From Mustelus asterias (lineage: Eukaryota), in contig NC_135830.1 of the NCBI RefSeq assembly GCF_964213995.1, positions 4,588,001 through 4,652,000 on the forward strand: DNA of 64,000 nucleotides. Direction: 5' to 3'. The position numbers and the translations under genes were made by a program. Below, in pieces: positions 39,504-50,102 of the stretch (position 1 is the stretch's first letter; each line of letters begins with the position of its first letter). A model generated the notes under the pieces. It searched no databases and had not been told where the DNA came from. It saw only the letters and a list, made by a program, of their open reading frames with translations.

Positions 39504-39981
39504 GGCCAACTGAAATACTGAGAGTTTTCAAAATATACCATTTTTAAAAATATGCAGGGGCACTGGGATGGGGCATTGACATGATTTGAAAACAAAAACC
39601 CTTGCAATTCCTCCTCTCTCGTTGGCCAATCCAACTGTCCAGCATCTTGCTCCTTCACACAAATTGAAAAGGAAACAGTCCCTGGCAGCTCCTCTCGACA
39701 ACTCGCTGGTGCAAATATTCATTAATTCACCATTGCACGCTCATTGGATAGAAACACTTACCCACCCGCCCTATAGGAACTGGAATTGCGGGGAGAGTGG
39801 GGAGTGGCAGGAGCTTTTGTAGAGGAAGTGAGGCCATTCAGATGCCGTGAGAGAGATGTGACATCGACTTAATCCCGCACAATTCAAATTAAGGAAGTGG
39901 GGGTGGGCAGGACGGTGGGCAGGACGGGGGGGGGGGGGGGGGGAGGGGGTGGAGTTAAGGGAGGTGTAAATATACGGGGCA

Positions 39982-40213
39982 TCTGAGCTCACAACGGACT
40001 CTCCACATTCAATATTTCACACTGACATAGTCAGATGGTCTCTGAGCTCACACTGGACCCCACATTCCATATTTCACACAGCCATAGAGTCGTACTGTCT
40101 CTGAGCTCGCACCGGATGCACCACATTCAATATTTCACACTTATGTCATCGACTCATACTGTCTCTGAACTCACACCCACACGCTCCACATTCACACTGT
40201 CGCTGAACTCACA
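39982..40213. repeat. Minisatellite, about 59-64 bp unit, 4-5 degenerate copies
   Basis: Recurring tctgagctcaca...ccacattcaatatttcacac...actgtc. Confidence 0.85.
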
Positions 40214-40554
40214 GCTAATAATCAAGGACGGACACAAATCAAATTTGAGTATTTCCGTTAGTGAAGGGTGATAATTAATTTGCAATGTCTATGCGCACAC
40301 GATTGTGTATGTGTGTGTCCATATGCATGTCCATAGGCATGTATGTGTGTGTGTGTGTCTGTGTGCATGCATGTTTGTTTATCTGTGTGCATATGCATCT
40401 CTGTATGTGTATGCATCTGTAAGTCTCAGTGTGTGTGAGTGCATTTGGTTCTGTCTGTTTCTGAGTGTGTTTAGAACATAGAACATAGAACAGTACAGCA
40501 CAGAACAGGCCCTTCGGCCCACGATGTTGTGCCGAGCTTTATCTGAAACCAAGA

Positions 40555-43400
40555 TCAAGCTATCCCACTCCCTATCATCCTGGTGCGCTCCATGTGCCTA
40601 TCCAATAACCGCTTAAATGTTCCTAAAGTGTCTGACTCCACTATCACTGCAGGCAGTCCATTCCACACCCCAACCACTCTCTGAGTAAAGAACCTACCTC
40701 TGATATCCTTCCTATATCTCCCACCACGAACCCTATAGTTATGCCCCCTTGTAATAGCTCCATCCACCCGAGGAAATAGTCTTTGAACGTTCACTCTATC
40801 TATCCCCTTCATCATTTTATAAACCTCGATTAAGTCTCCCCTCAGCCTCCTCCGCTCCAGAGAGAACAGCCCTAGCTCCCTCAACGTTTCCTCATATGAC
40901 CTACCCTCCAAACCAGGCAGCAACTTGGTAAATCTCCTCTGCACTCTTTCCAGCGCGTCCACATCCTTCTTATAGTGAGGTGACCAGAACTGCACACAAT
41001 ATTCCAAATGTGGTCTCACCAAGGTCCTGTACAGTTGCAGCATAACCCCATGGCTCTTAAACTCCAACCCCCTGTTAATAAAAGCTAACACACTATAGGC
41101 CTTCTTCACAGCTCTATCCACTTGTGTGGCAACCTTTAGAGATCTGTGGATATGGACCCCAAGATCTCTCTGTTCCTCCACAGTCTTCAGAACCCTACCT
41201 TTGACCCTGTAATCCCCATTTAAATTAGTCCTACCAAAATGAATCACCTCACATTTATCAGGGTTAAACTCCATTTGCCATTTTTCATCCCAGCTTTGCA
41301 TCCGATCTATGTCTCTTTGCAGCCTACAACAGCCCTCCACCTCATCCACTACTCCACCAATCTTGGTGTCATCAGCAAATTTACTGATCCACCCTTCAGC
41401 CCCCTCCTCTAAGTCATTAATAAAAATCACAAAGAGCAGAGGACCAAGCACTGATCCCTGTGGCACTCCGCTAGCAACCTGCCTCCAATCCGAAAATTTT
41501 CCATCCACCACCACCCTCTGTCTTCGATCAGACAGCCAGTTACTTATCCAATCGGCCAACTTTTCCTCTATCCCACACCTCCTCACTTTCATCATGAGCC
41601 GACCATGGGGGACCTTATCAAACGCCTTACTAAAATCCATGTATATGACATCAACTGCCCTACCTTCATCTACACACTTAGTTACCTCCTCAAAAAATTC
41701 TATCAAATTTGTGAGGCACGACTTGCCCTTCACGAATCCGTGCTGACTATCCTGGATTAGTCCGCATCTTTCTAAATGGTCGTAAATCCCATCTCTAAGG
41801 ACCTTTTCCATCAATTTACCAACCACCGAAGTAAGACTAACCGGTCTATAATTACCAGGGTCATTTCTATTCCCTTTCTTAAACAGAGGAACAACATTCG
41901 CCATTCTCCAGTCCTCTGACACCATCCCCGTGGACAGCGAGGACCCAAAGATCAAAGCTAAAGGCTCTGCAATCTCAACCCTTGCCTCCCAAAGAATCCC
42001 GGGATACATTTCATCAGGCCCAGGGGACTTATCGACCTTCAGTTTATTCAAAACTGCCAGGACATCCTCCCTCCGAACATCTATTTCCTCCAGCCTATTA
42101 GCCTGTAACACCTTCTCTTCCTCAAATCATGGCCCCTCTCCTTGGTGAACACTGAAGAAAAGTATTCATTCATCACCTCGCCTATATTTACTGACTCCAT
42201 ACACAAGTTCCCACTACTGTCCTTGACCGGCCCTAACCTCACCCTGGTCATTCTTTTATTCCTCACATAAGAGTAAAAAGCCTTCGGGTTTTCCTTGATC
42301 CGACCCACCAAGGACTTCTCGTGTCCCCTCCTAGGTCTCCTAAGCCCGTTTTTCAGCTCATTCCTTGCTAACTTGTAACCCTCAATCGAGCCATCTGAAC
42401 CTTGTTTCCTCATCCCTACATAAGCTTCCCTCTTCCTTTTCACAAGACATTCCACCTCTTTCGTGAACCATGGTTCCCTCACTCGGCCATTTCCTCCCTG
42501 CCTGACAGGGACATACCTATCAAGGACATCCAGTATTTGTTCCTTGAAAAAGTTCCACTTTTCATTAGTTCCTTTCTCTGACAGTTTCTGTTCCCAACTT
42601 ATGCCGCCTAATTCTTGCCTAATCGCATCATAATTACCTCTCCCCCAATTGTAAGCCTTGCCCTGCCGTACGGCCCTATCCCTCTCCATTGCAATAACAA
42701 AAGACACCGAATTGTGGTCACTATCTCCAAAGTGCTCTCCCACAACCAAATCTAACACTTGGCCCGGTTCATTTCCCAGGACCAAATCCAATGTGGCCTC
42801 ACCTCTTGTCGGCCTATCCACATATTGTGTCAGGAAACCCTCCTGCACACACTGCACAAAAACTGCCCCATCCGAACTATTTGACCTACAAAGGTTCCAA
42901 TCAATATTTGGAAAGTTAAAGTCCCCCATGACAACTACCCTGTGACCCCCACACATATCCATAATCTGCTGAGCAATTTCTTCCTCCACATCTCTATTAC
43001 TATTTGGGGGCCTATAGTAAACTCCTAACAACGTGACCGCTCCTTTCCTATTTCAAACCTCAGCCCATATTACCTCAGTGTGCAGATCCCCCTCGAAGTG
43101 CCTTTCCACAGCCGTTAAACTATCTTTGATTAACAATGCCACTCCTCCACCTCTTTTACCAGCTTCCCAACACTTACTGAAACATCTATACCCCGGAACG
43201 TCCAACAACCATTCCTGTCCTTGTTCTACCCACGTCTCCGTAATGGCCACAACATCGTAGTCCCAAGTACCAATCCACGCCCCAAGTTCATCTACCTTGT
43301 TCCGGATGCTCCTTGCATTGAAGTAGACACACTTCAACCCACCTTCCTGTCTACCGGTACCCACCCTTGAACCTGATACCTTCCCCAATACCTCACCACC
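40555..43400 (-). pseudogene. CR1 ORF2p (APE endonuclease plus reverse transcriptase); stop at 43053, frameshift near 42120
   Basis: YFNARSI, ITETW, MGDFN, SDH, GVPQGSVLGP and FADD motifs. The start is approximate. Confidence 0.93.
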
Positions 43401-43447
43401 CTCACTGACTTCTGGACTACAACTCCTTTTCCCACTCCCCTGACAAA

Positions 43448-44374
43448 TTAATTTAAACCCCCCTGAAGAGCCGTAACAAATTTCCCTCCGAGGATATTGG
43501 TGCCCCTCTGGTTCAGGTGCACCCTGTTCTGTTTGTACAGGTCCCACCTTCTCCAGAATGTGTTCCAATTATCCACGTATCTGAAGCCCTCCCTCCTACA
43601 CCATCCCTGCAACCACATGTTTAACTGCACTCTCTCCCTGTTCCTCAACTCGCTATCACATGGCACCGGCAATGTACCAGAGATGACCACATGTTTTGTC
43701 TTGGCTCTCAGCTTCCAGCCCAGCTCCAGAAATTCCTGCTTTAAATCCCCGTCCCTTCTCTTACCTATGTCATTGGTACCAATGTGTACCACGACTTGTG
43801 ACTGTTTCCCCTCCCCCTTCAGAATCCGGAAAACACGGTCTGAGACGTCACGGACCTTGGCATCTGGTAGGCAACATACCATCCGTGAGTCTCTTTTGCT
43901 GCCACAGAACCTCCTATTTATCCCTCTAACTAACGAGTCCCCAATAACTGTTGCCCTCCCGCTCTGCCCCTTACCCTACCGAGCCACAGAGATGGACACA
44001 GTGCTGGAGATCCTCTCACTGCGGCTCACCACTGGTATGTCATCCCCCTCAACCGTATCCAAAGCGGAATACTTGTTGCTAAGGGGAACGACCACCGGGG
44101 ATCCCTGCACGGACTGCTTCCTCCCAGCCCCTCTCACCGTCACCCATCTGTTTTCATTCCTCGGAGTAACTGTATCCCTAAAGCTTCTGTCTATGGCCAC
44201 CTCTGCGTCCCTAATGATCCTAAGTTCATCCAACTCCAGCTCCAGTTCCCTAACACGGTTTTGGAGGAGCTGCAGATGGGTGCACTTCCCACAGGTGTAA
44301 TCAGCAGGGACACTGTCGTCGTCCCTCACCTCAAACATAGTGCAAGAGGAACACAGCACTGCCTGCACACCCAT
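43448..44374 (-). pseudogene. CR1 ORF1p (CxxC zinc finger, coiled coil, SGNH/GDSL esterase) with an in-frame stop at 43976
   Basis: CSSC..CGKC, RVRELELELDEL, IGDS, HIGTND and HLN motifs. Both ORFs are in the same frame. Confidence 0.9.
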
Positions 44375-44852
44375 CCCCTCTAGATACCTTGCCAGTACCA
44401 GGTAGAAAGTGCAGAAATGAATTTAAACTCATCTCTGCTCGCCCTTTCTGCCTAAGCCCTGTGAGCGAAAGCCTTATAGCTCACACTCTGCTTCCCACAC
44501 ACTATGCTGCCCGCTCCCGACGCTGCCCGCTGTATACTGCAGCCTACCTTTTATACTTCACGCGCTTAAAAAAACCTTCCCAGACTCCTTAGCAGCCCAC
44601 TTCCAGTTTTCACTTTAAACTTAAAATACTGCTGCAAAAGTAAAGGCCAAAATAAAACACACACTAGCTGACTAATTAAATAAATAAACAATTCAATTAA
44701 TCTCTCACCAGCACTGCTGCCTCCAATCACTCCCTCTCAGCTTGCTCCAGTGGAACAATGAGGGGGAACCTCCCAGGTAACTGACTTTTAAAGTTAAAAT
44801 AAAAACCCTTCCCAGACTCCTTAGCAGCCCACTTCCAGTTTTCACTTTAAAC

Positions 44853-45475
44853 TGTTTGTTTGTCTGTTTGCATCTGTGTGTGTTTATGTGTGTGTGTGTA
44901 TATCTGCCTCTATCTCTGAGTGTGCCTGTGTGTGCATATGTGTGTATGTTTGTGTAGGTGTGTGTCTATATATATATATGTGTTTGTGTGTGTGTGGCTG
45001 TTTGTGTGTTGCGTGTGTGTGTGTCTGTGTGCGTGCGTGTTTGTGTGTGTGTGTGCGTATGTATAGGTTTTCGTGTCTGTGTCTGCAAGTGACAGAAATG
45101 TCTTGGTCCTGATTGCCGAAAGACTGAAGATGTTCTGCAAATTGGTCACTCAGTCTTCATTTGGTCTCCCTGATGCACGTTCTCCCCGTATCTGCTTCGG
45201 TTTCCTCGAGGTGCTTCGGTTTTCTGCTACAGTCCAAAGATGTGCAGGTTAGGTTCATTAACCACGGTGAATGCAGTGTTACGGGGATAGGTGGGGGAAA
45301 TGGCCTGGGTGAGGTACTCTGTCAGAGCGACTCTATGATTCTAAATTAGTTGTGTGTGTGTTTATGTATGTTTGTGTGTGTGCGTGTGTGGGTGCGTATT
45401 CGTGTGTATATATGTGTGTGCGTGTGCGTGTGTATGTATGTGCATATTCGTGTGTGTGTGTGCGCGCGCACGTGT
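44853..45475. repeat. Degenerate (TG)n microsatellite tracts (also 40300-40470), interrupted at 45085-45345
   Basis: Visible dinucleotide runs. Confidence 0.9.
45085..45345. mobile_element. Composite of a Penelope GIY-YIG fragment (minus) and a V-SINE 3' half (plus)
   Basis: Minus strand reads CIRETK*RLSDQFAEHLQSF, joined to the SINE core at about 45174. Confidence 0.65.
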
Positions 45476-45904
45476 TGCTCGCCATTCAGCAGCATTAACA
45501 AGAAACATTGGTTCGTCACCAAGAAAATCTCCTTGCCCCCTTTTTTAATTAAACAATGTCAGGATAGACCGAGCATATGTATGATACAAAATAAATCTTT
45601 CCCTATACCGCTCAAGCATTCTTTTTCAGAAGTCAAAATCACAGATGGGTTTACTAAAAATGAAGTTCCATCAGCACCGTGGCAGCAAATAATTCGAGGG
45701 TATTTGCAGCAGGGACGAGCTACAGACTAAATCTCCCTCTGTCCTGCACCAACAGCAAATACCCAGAATAACTACTGCACAACTGAATGCAAAATGATTC
45801 TGGGTCGATTAGAACCTGTCTTGTCGAAAACTGTAAATCAAATGGGGTTCAAGTTCTAAGTTAGGAGAAATAAAATTGCATTTTCTTAAATTAAACAACT
45901 TATT

Positions 45905-46835
45905 TAGAATCATCGCGTCCAATAATTCAGAAGGGGGCCATTAGGCCCATTGAGTGTGCACCGAGTCTCTGACAGATTATTTCACCCAGGCCATTTCCCC
46001 CACCCTATCCCCATAACACTACTTTTACTATGGAAATCAATCAAACCTGCACATCTTTGGACTGTGGAAGGAAACCGGAGCACCTGGAGAAAACCCAGGA
46101 ATACACGGGAAGCATATACATTGGAGGGACCAAATGCAAACTGGGGTACGAGTTTGCAAAACACCTTCAGTTCTTCTGCAATCAGAACTCAGACCTTCAT
46201 GTCGCCTGCCATTTGAACACACCACCCTGCTCTCCTGCCAGGATGTCCGATCTGGACCTTTTCCAATGTTCCAGTGAACGTTAACCTAGAATGATGGAAA
46301 AGCAATTCATGTTCCGACTTTACAGCTTTCCGGACTGAGCAGTGCGTTTAAAAACTTCAGAACGTGAACGTTTCTTTCACCTTCACCCCATTTCCATTTA
46401 TTTTATTTCAGTACTACGTTTCCTTTTGTTCGCCCATTTTTATTATTTTGCATTCTTATTTCTATTTTTTCATTTCGAAAATCTCGCCTTTTCTCTCTCC
46501 CCAATGCCTTCTCAGCTCGGGCACGCTGCCGCAATCTTGCATATTCCGATTAATGGACGCTTTTATCACCATGCTCGGCCTTTATCATCACCATTTACAT
46601 TCCATTTGTCTTTTTGACCATTCCATTCCTATCAATTTTAGCAAAGACCCAACCCACCCCCGCCCCCCGCCCAACGCATGCCCATACCCCTCACCCTCAC
46701 AGTAGAAATCTTGTCTGATTTTCCATTTCTTCAACTCTGACGAATTCTCATCCTGACTCAAAACGTTGGCTCAATTCCCTCTCCACAGATGCTCTCATAC
46801 CTGCTGAGATTTTCCATAATTTTCCGTTTTTATCT
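45905..46835. mobile_element. Composite of a V-SINE 3' half (minus) and a Penelope GIY-YIG/terminal repeat (plus)
   Basis: IYIGGTKCKLGYEFAKHL...VACHLN GIY-YIG-like peptide, then CTGACGA at 46737 and an acagatgc..cctgctgagattttcc end. Confidence 0.75.
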
Positions 46836-46999
46836 CACGCATGGAATCGCTGTGTAAGGAACTGAAAGCACTAATAATGTTCCCACCGAACGCTATATAG
46901 CACTGCTTTTCTCTTAGAGTTTCAGCACTTTCACGTTAATCTAATACTGGTGGGAAGCAGGGTCAAAGCCGGAATTATTCAGTCTCGAATGAAATCTGC

Positions 47000-48500
47000 A
47001 TTAGCAATCTCAGAGAAAATTGGGGGTGAATCTATGGCAGAGAGGATGGAATAGTTCAAAGAAGTATCACCAGTGTGAAAAGTTTAAACAAAAGTCTGGA
47101 GGAAGTAAATGCCGGACATTCTGGGTCATATGTGGAGACAGGGACTGAAAAAGAAGAAGGAGACAGGGGGAGGCATCAAAAGGAAATCAAAGGCTGAATT
47201 AGAGCAACATGGATCAAATGCAAAGAGGGGATATGAGAAAGCTCCGTGGGGAAAATCCCAAGATATTCTATAAGTACATCAATGGGAAGAGGAAAACCAG
47301 GGAAAGAATAGGGCCCACTAGGGGCGAAGGCGTGAAGCCAGAGGACATTGGTAGAGTGTTGAATGAATTCTTCACATCAGACTTCACTCAAGAGAATGAA
47401 GGCAAAGATATGGAATGCAGGGTGAGGGACTATGAGGTTATTGAGTAAATTGACATCGGGAAGAACAAACTATTAGAGATGTTGGCAGCATTGAAAGTGA
47501 ATAAATCTCCAGGTCCAGATGATTTCTGCCCCAGGCTGCTGTTGTGGGAGGCAAAGGAAGAGATTGCAGGGGCTCTGACACAAATTTTGAATTTATCTCT
47601 ACCGACGGGAGCGGTGCCAGACGTTTGGAGAACAGTTAATATAGTTCCACTATTTAAGAAGGGTTGTAGAGAGAACTACAGACCAGTGAACCTCACGTCA
47701 GTCGTGTGGAAACTATTAGTGAAACGTCTAAAGTAGGTCCCCTTTCTCCAGTTGGAGAGACAAAGCTTGATCAGGGATACTCAGCGTGGCTTCGTCAGAG
47801 GGAGGTCATGCCTAACAAATGTGATTGATTTGTTTGAGAAGGTGACCAGGTGCGTAGTCGAGGATAGCACAGTCGCTGTAGTTTATATGGATTTCAGCAA
47901 ACGTTTTGGGAGACTTGTAAAAAATGCAAATTCACATGGGATAGAGGATAATTTGATTAAGTGGATTGAATTGGCTCAGTTGTAGGAGACAGAGGGTGAT
48001 GACAGGAGACTGCTTTAGTGACTGAAGCCAGTGTCCAGTGGCGTACCACAGGATATGTGTTGGGCCTCCTATTATTTGTCATTTATATAAATGATATTGA
48101 TAACTATCTGGGCGCTAGGATTAGTAAGGTTGCGGATGACACAAAGATTGGACGGTTGGTTAACAGTGAAGTGGAGTGTCTTGGGCTACAAGAAGAGAAT
48201 GCATGGTCAAATGGGCAGTACGTGGCAGATGGAACTGAACCCTGAAAAGTGTAAGGTGATACACTTTGAAAGGAGTAATTTGGCAAGGAAATAATCAATG
48301 AATAATAGGGCAGTAAGAAGTTCTGTGGAACAAAGTGTCCTTAGCATGTTTGTCTAGAGATCTCTGAAAGCGGAAGGGCATGTTAGTAAGGTGTTTAAAA
48401 AGGCACATGAGACACTTGTCTTCATCAATCGTGGCACAGATTACAAAAGCAGGGAAGTCCTGTTGGAGTTGTATAGAACTTTGATGACGCCATTGCTCGA
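47000..48500 (+). mobile_element. Degenerate CR1 ORF2
   Basis: KSPGPD, YRPVNLTS, GRSCLT and KVADDTKIG peptides. Confidence 0.85.
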
Positions 48501-49035
48501 CCCCCATCGATCATTTTGGTTACCTCCTCGGAAAAATCAATCACGTTAGTTAACTTAACCTGCCCCTCTGACTTTCCCTCATTAGATCATGCCTTTCCAA
48601 ATGTGCATATATCCTACCCCATGGAATCCTCTCTAATGACTTCCCAAACACCGATGTGAGACTCACCCGTCTACAATTTCCTGGATTTTTTTTCTTGAAC
48701 AGAAGAACAACATTAACTACTCGCCAGTCCTCTGGGACCTCTCCAGTGGTAGCACAAAGATATTTGTCAAGGCCCCAGCAATCTCCTTTCCTACCTCTTT
48801 CAGTAAATTGGTGTAGATCCCATCAGGCCCTGGGGACGTATACATCTTAGTGCTCGTCAAAAGACCCAACACGACTTCTTTCTGGATCTCAAAAAGCACT
48901 AGCACATTAGCATGCTCCACGCTAATCCAAAAATCCTCCATATCCTTCTCCTTAGAGAACACAGATGGAAAGTCGTCCTTTAGGATCGCGCCCAAATATT
49001 CTTCCTCCAAGAACAAGTTCCCTCCTTTATCCATG
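48500..49035 (-). mobile_element. Degenerate CR1 ORF2 fragment
   Basis: SVFSKE..SPGPDGIY..LLKE peptide. Confidence 0.75.
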
Positions 49036-49782
49036 AGTGGACGACATTCTCCCTCCTTATCTCTCCCTCAATGTCAACAAAACGAACGAGATAGTCATCG
49101 ACTTCAGGGAGTGTAGGGGAGGAACAAGTGGAAATGGTCGACGGCTTCAAATTCCTAGGTGTCTCGAACACCAACAAACTGTCCGGGTCCCTCCATGCCG
49201 AGGCTATAGTTATGAAAGCTCACCAACGCCTCTTCTTTCTCAGGGGACTAAGGAAATTTGACATGTCCGCTGCGACTCTCACCAAAGTTTACAGATGCAC
49301 CACAGAAAGCATTATTTCTGGTTGTATCACAGCTTGGTGTGACTCCTGCTCTGTTCCCAAGACCGTAAAAAAACTACAAGGCGTCGTGGAAGAAGCCCAG
49401 TCCATCATTTAGAACAGTCTGCCACCCATTGATACTGTGTACACTTCCCGCTGCGTCGGAAAAGTAGCCAGCATAATTAAGGAATCCACGCACCCCAGAC
49501 ATAATCTTTTCCAACTTCTTCCGTCGAGAAAATGATCCAAAAGTCTGAGGACAAGTACCAAACGACTCAAGAAAAGATTCTTCCCTGCTGCCATCAGACC
49601 TTTGAATGGACCTACCTCGCATTAATTTGATGTTTCTGTACACCCTAGCTATGACTGTGACAGTACGTTCTAAACTCTGCCCCCTCCTTCATAGATCGAC
49701 ACTATGCTTTGACTGTGTTGCACGTACGAAAGAATACTTTTCACTGTATACTAATATAGGTAACAGTAATAAATCAAATCAA
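49036..49782 (+). mobile_element. Rex1/Babar-type LINE 3' fragment
   Basis: LNVNKTNEIVIDFR and KAHQRLFFLRGLRKF peptides, with an aaatcaaatc tail. Confidence 0.8.
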
Positions 49783-49809
49783 GTCATAAAAGAAACGGCA
49801 AGTAAAATT

Positions 49810-50102
49810 GCCATGATGGTACAGTGGTTAGCACTGCTGCCTCACAGCGCTAGGGCCCCGGGTTTAATTCCGGCCTCAGATCACTGTCTGTATGGAGCAT
49901 ACACGTTCTCCCCGTGTCTGCGTGGGTTTCCTCCCGGTGCTCCGGTTTCTTCCCACAGTCCAAAGATGTGTTGGTTGGGTTGATTGGCCATGCAATGTTG
50001 ATCCGTGTGTCAGGGGGTCTGGGTGGGATTGTAGTCGTTGCAGCCTCGATGGCCCGAATGGCCTCCTTCTGCATTGTCGGGATCTGATGGGATTCTATGA
50101 TT
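49810..50102 (+). mobile_element. HE1/V-SINE-type SINE (a further 3' fragment lies at about 50520-50655)
   Basis: Head, core and attctatga tail as in the other copies. Confidence 0.85.

Larger units (their letters stand above)
40473..44852 (-). mobile_element. Near full-length young CR1-clade LINE (HER1-like) inserted in a (TG)n tract
   Basis: 5' UTR, ORF1, ORF2 and (TTCTATG)n tail in order, with TG-rich sequence on both sides. Confidence 0.95.

Noticed and set aside
41309-44300. Long plus-strand ORFs (41309-41746, 43497-44300) and similar ones elsewhere
   Set aside because: Antisense shadows of CR1 ORFs with no independent motifs.
44876-45730. Cys/Val-rich ORFs (also 63554-63860)
   Set aside because: Translations of (TG)n microsatellites.
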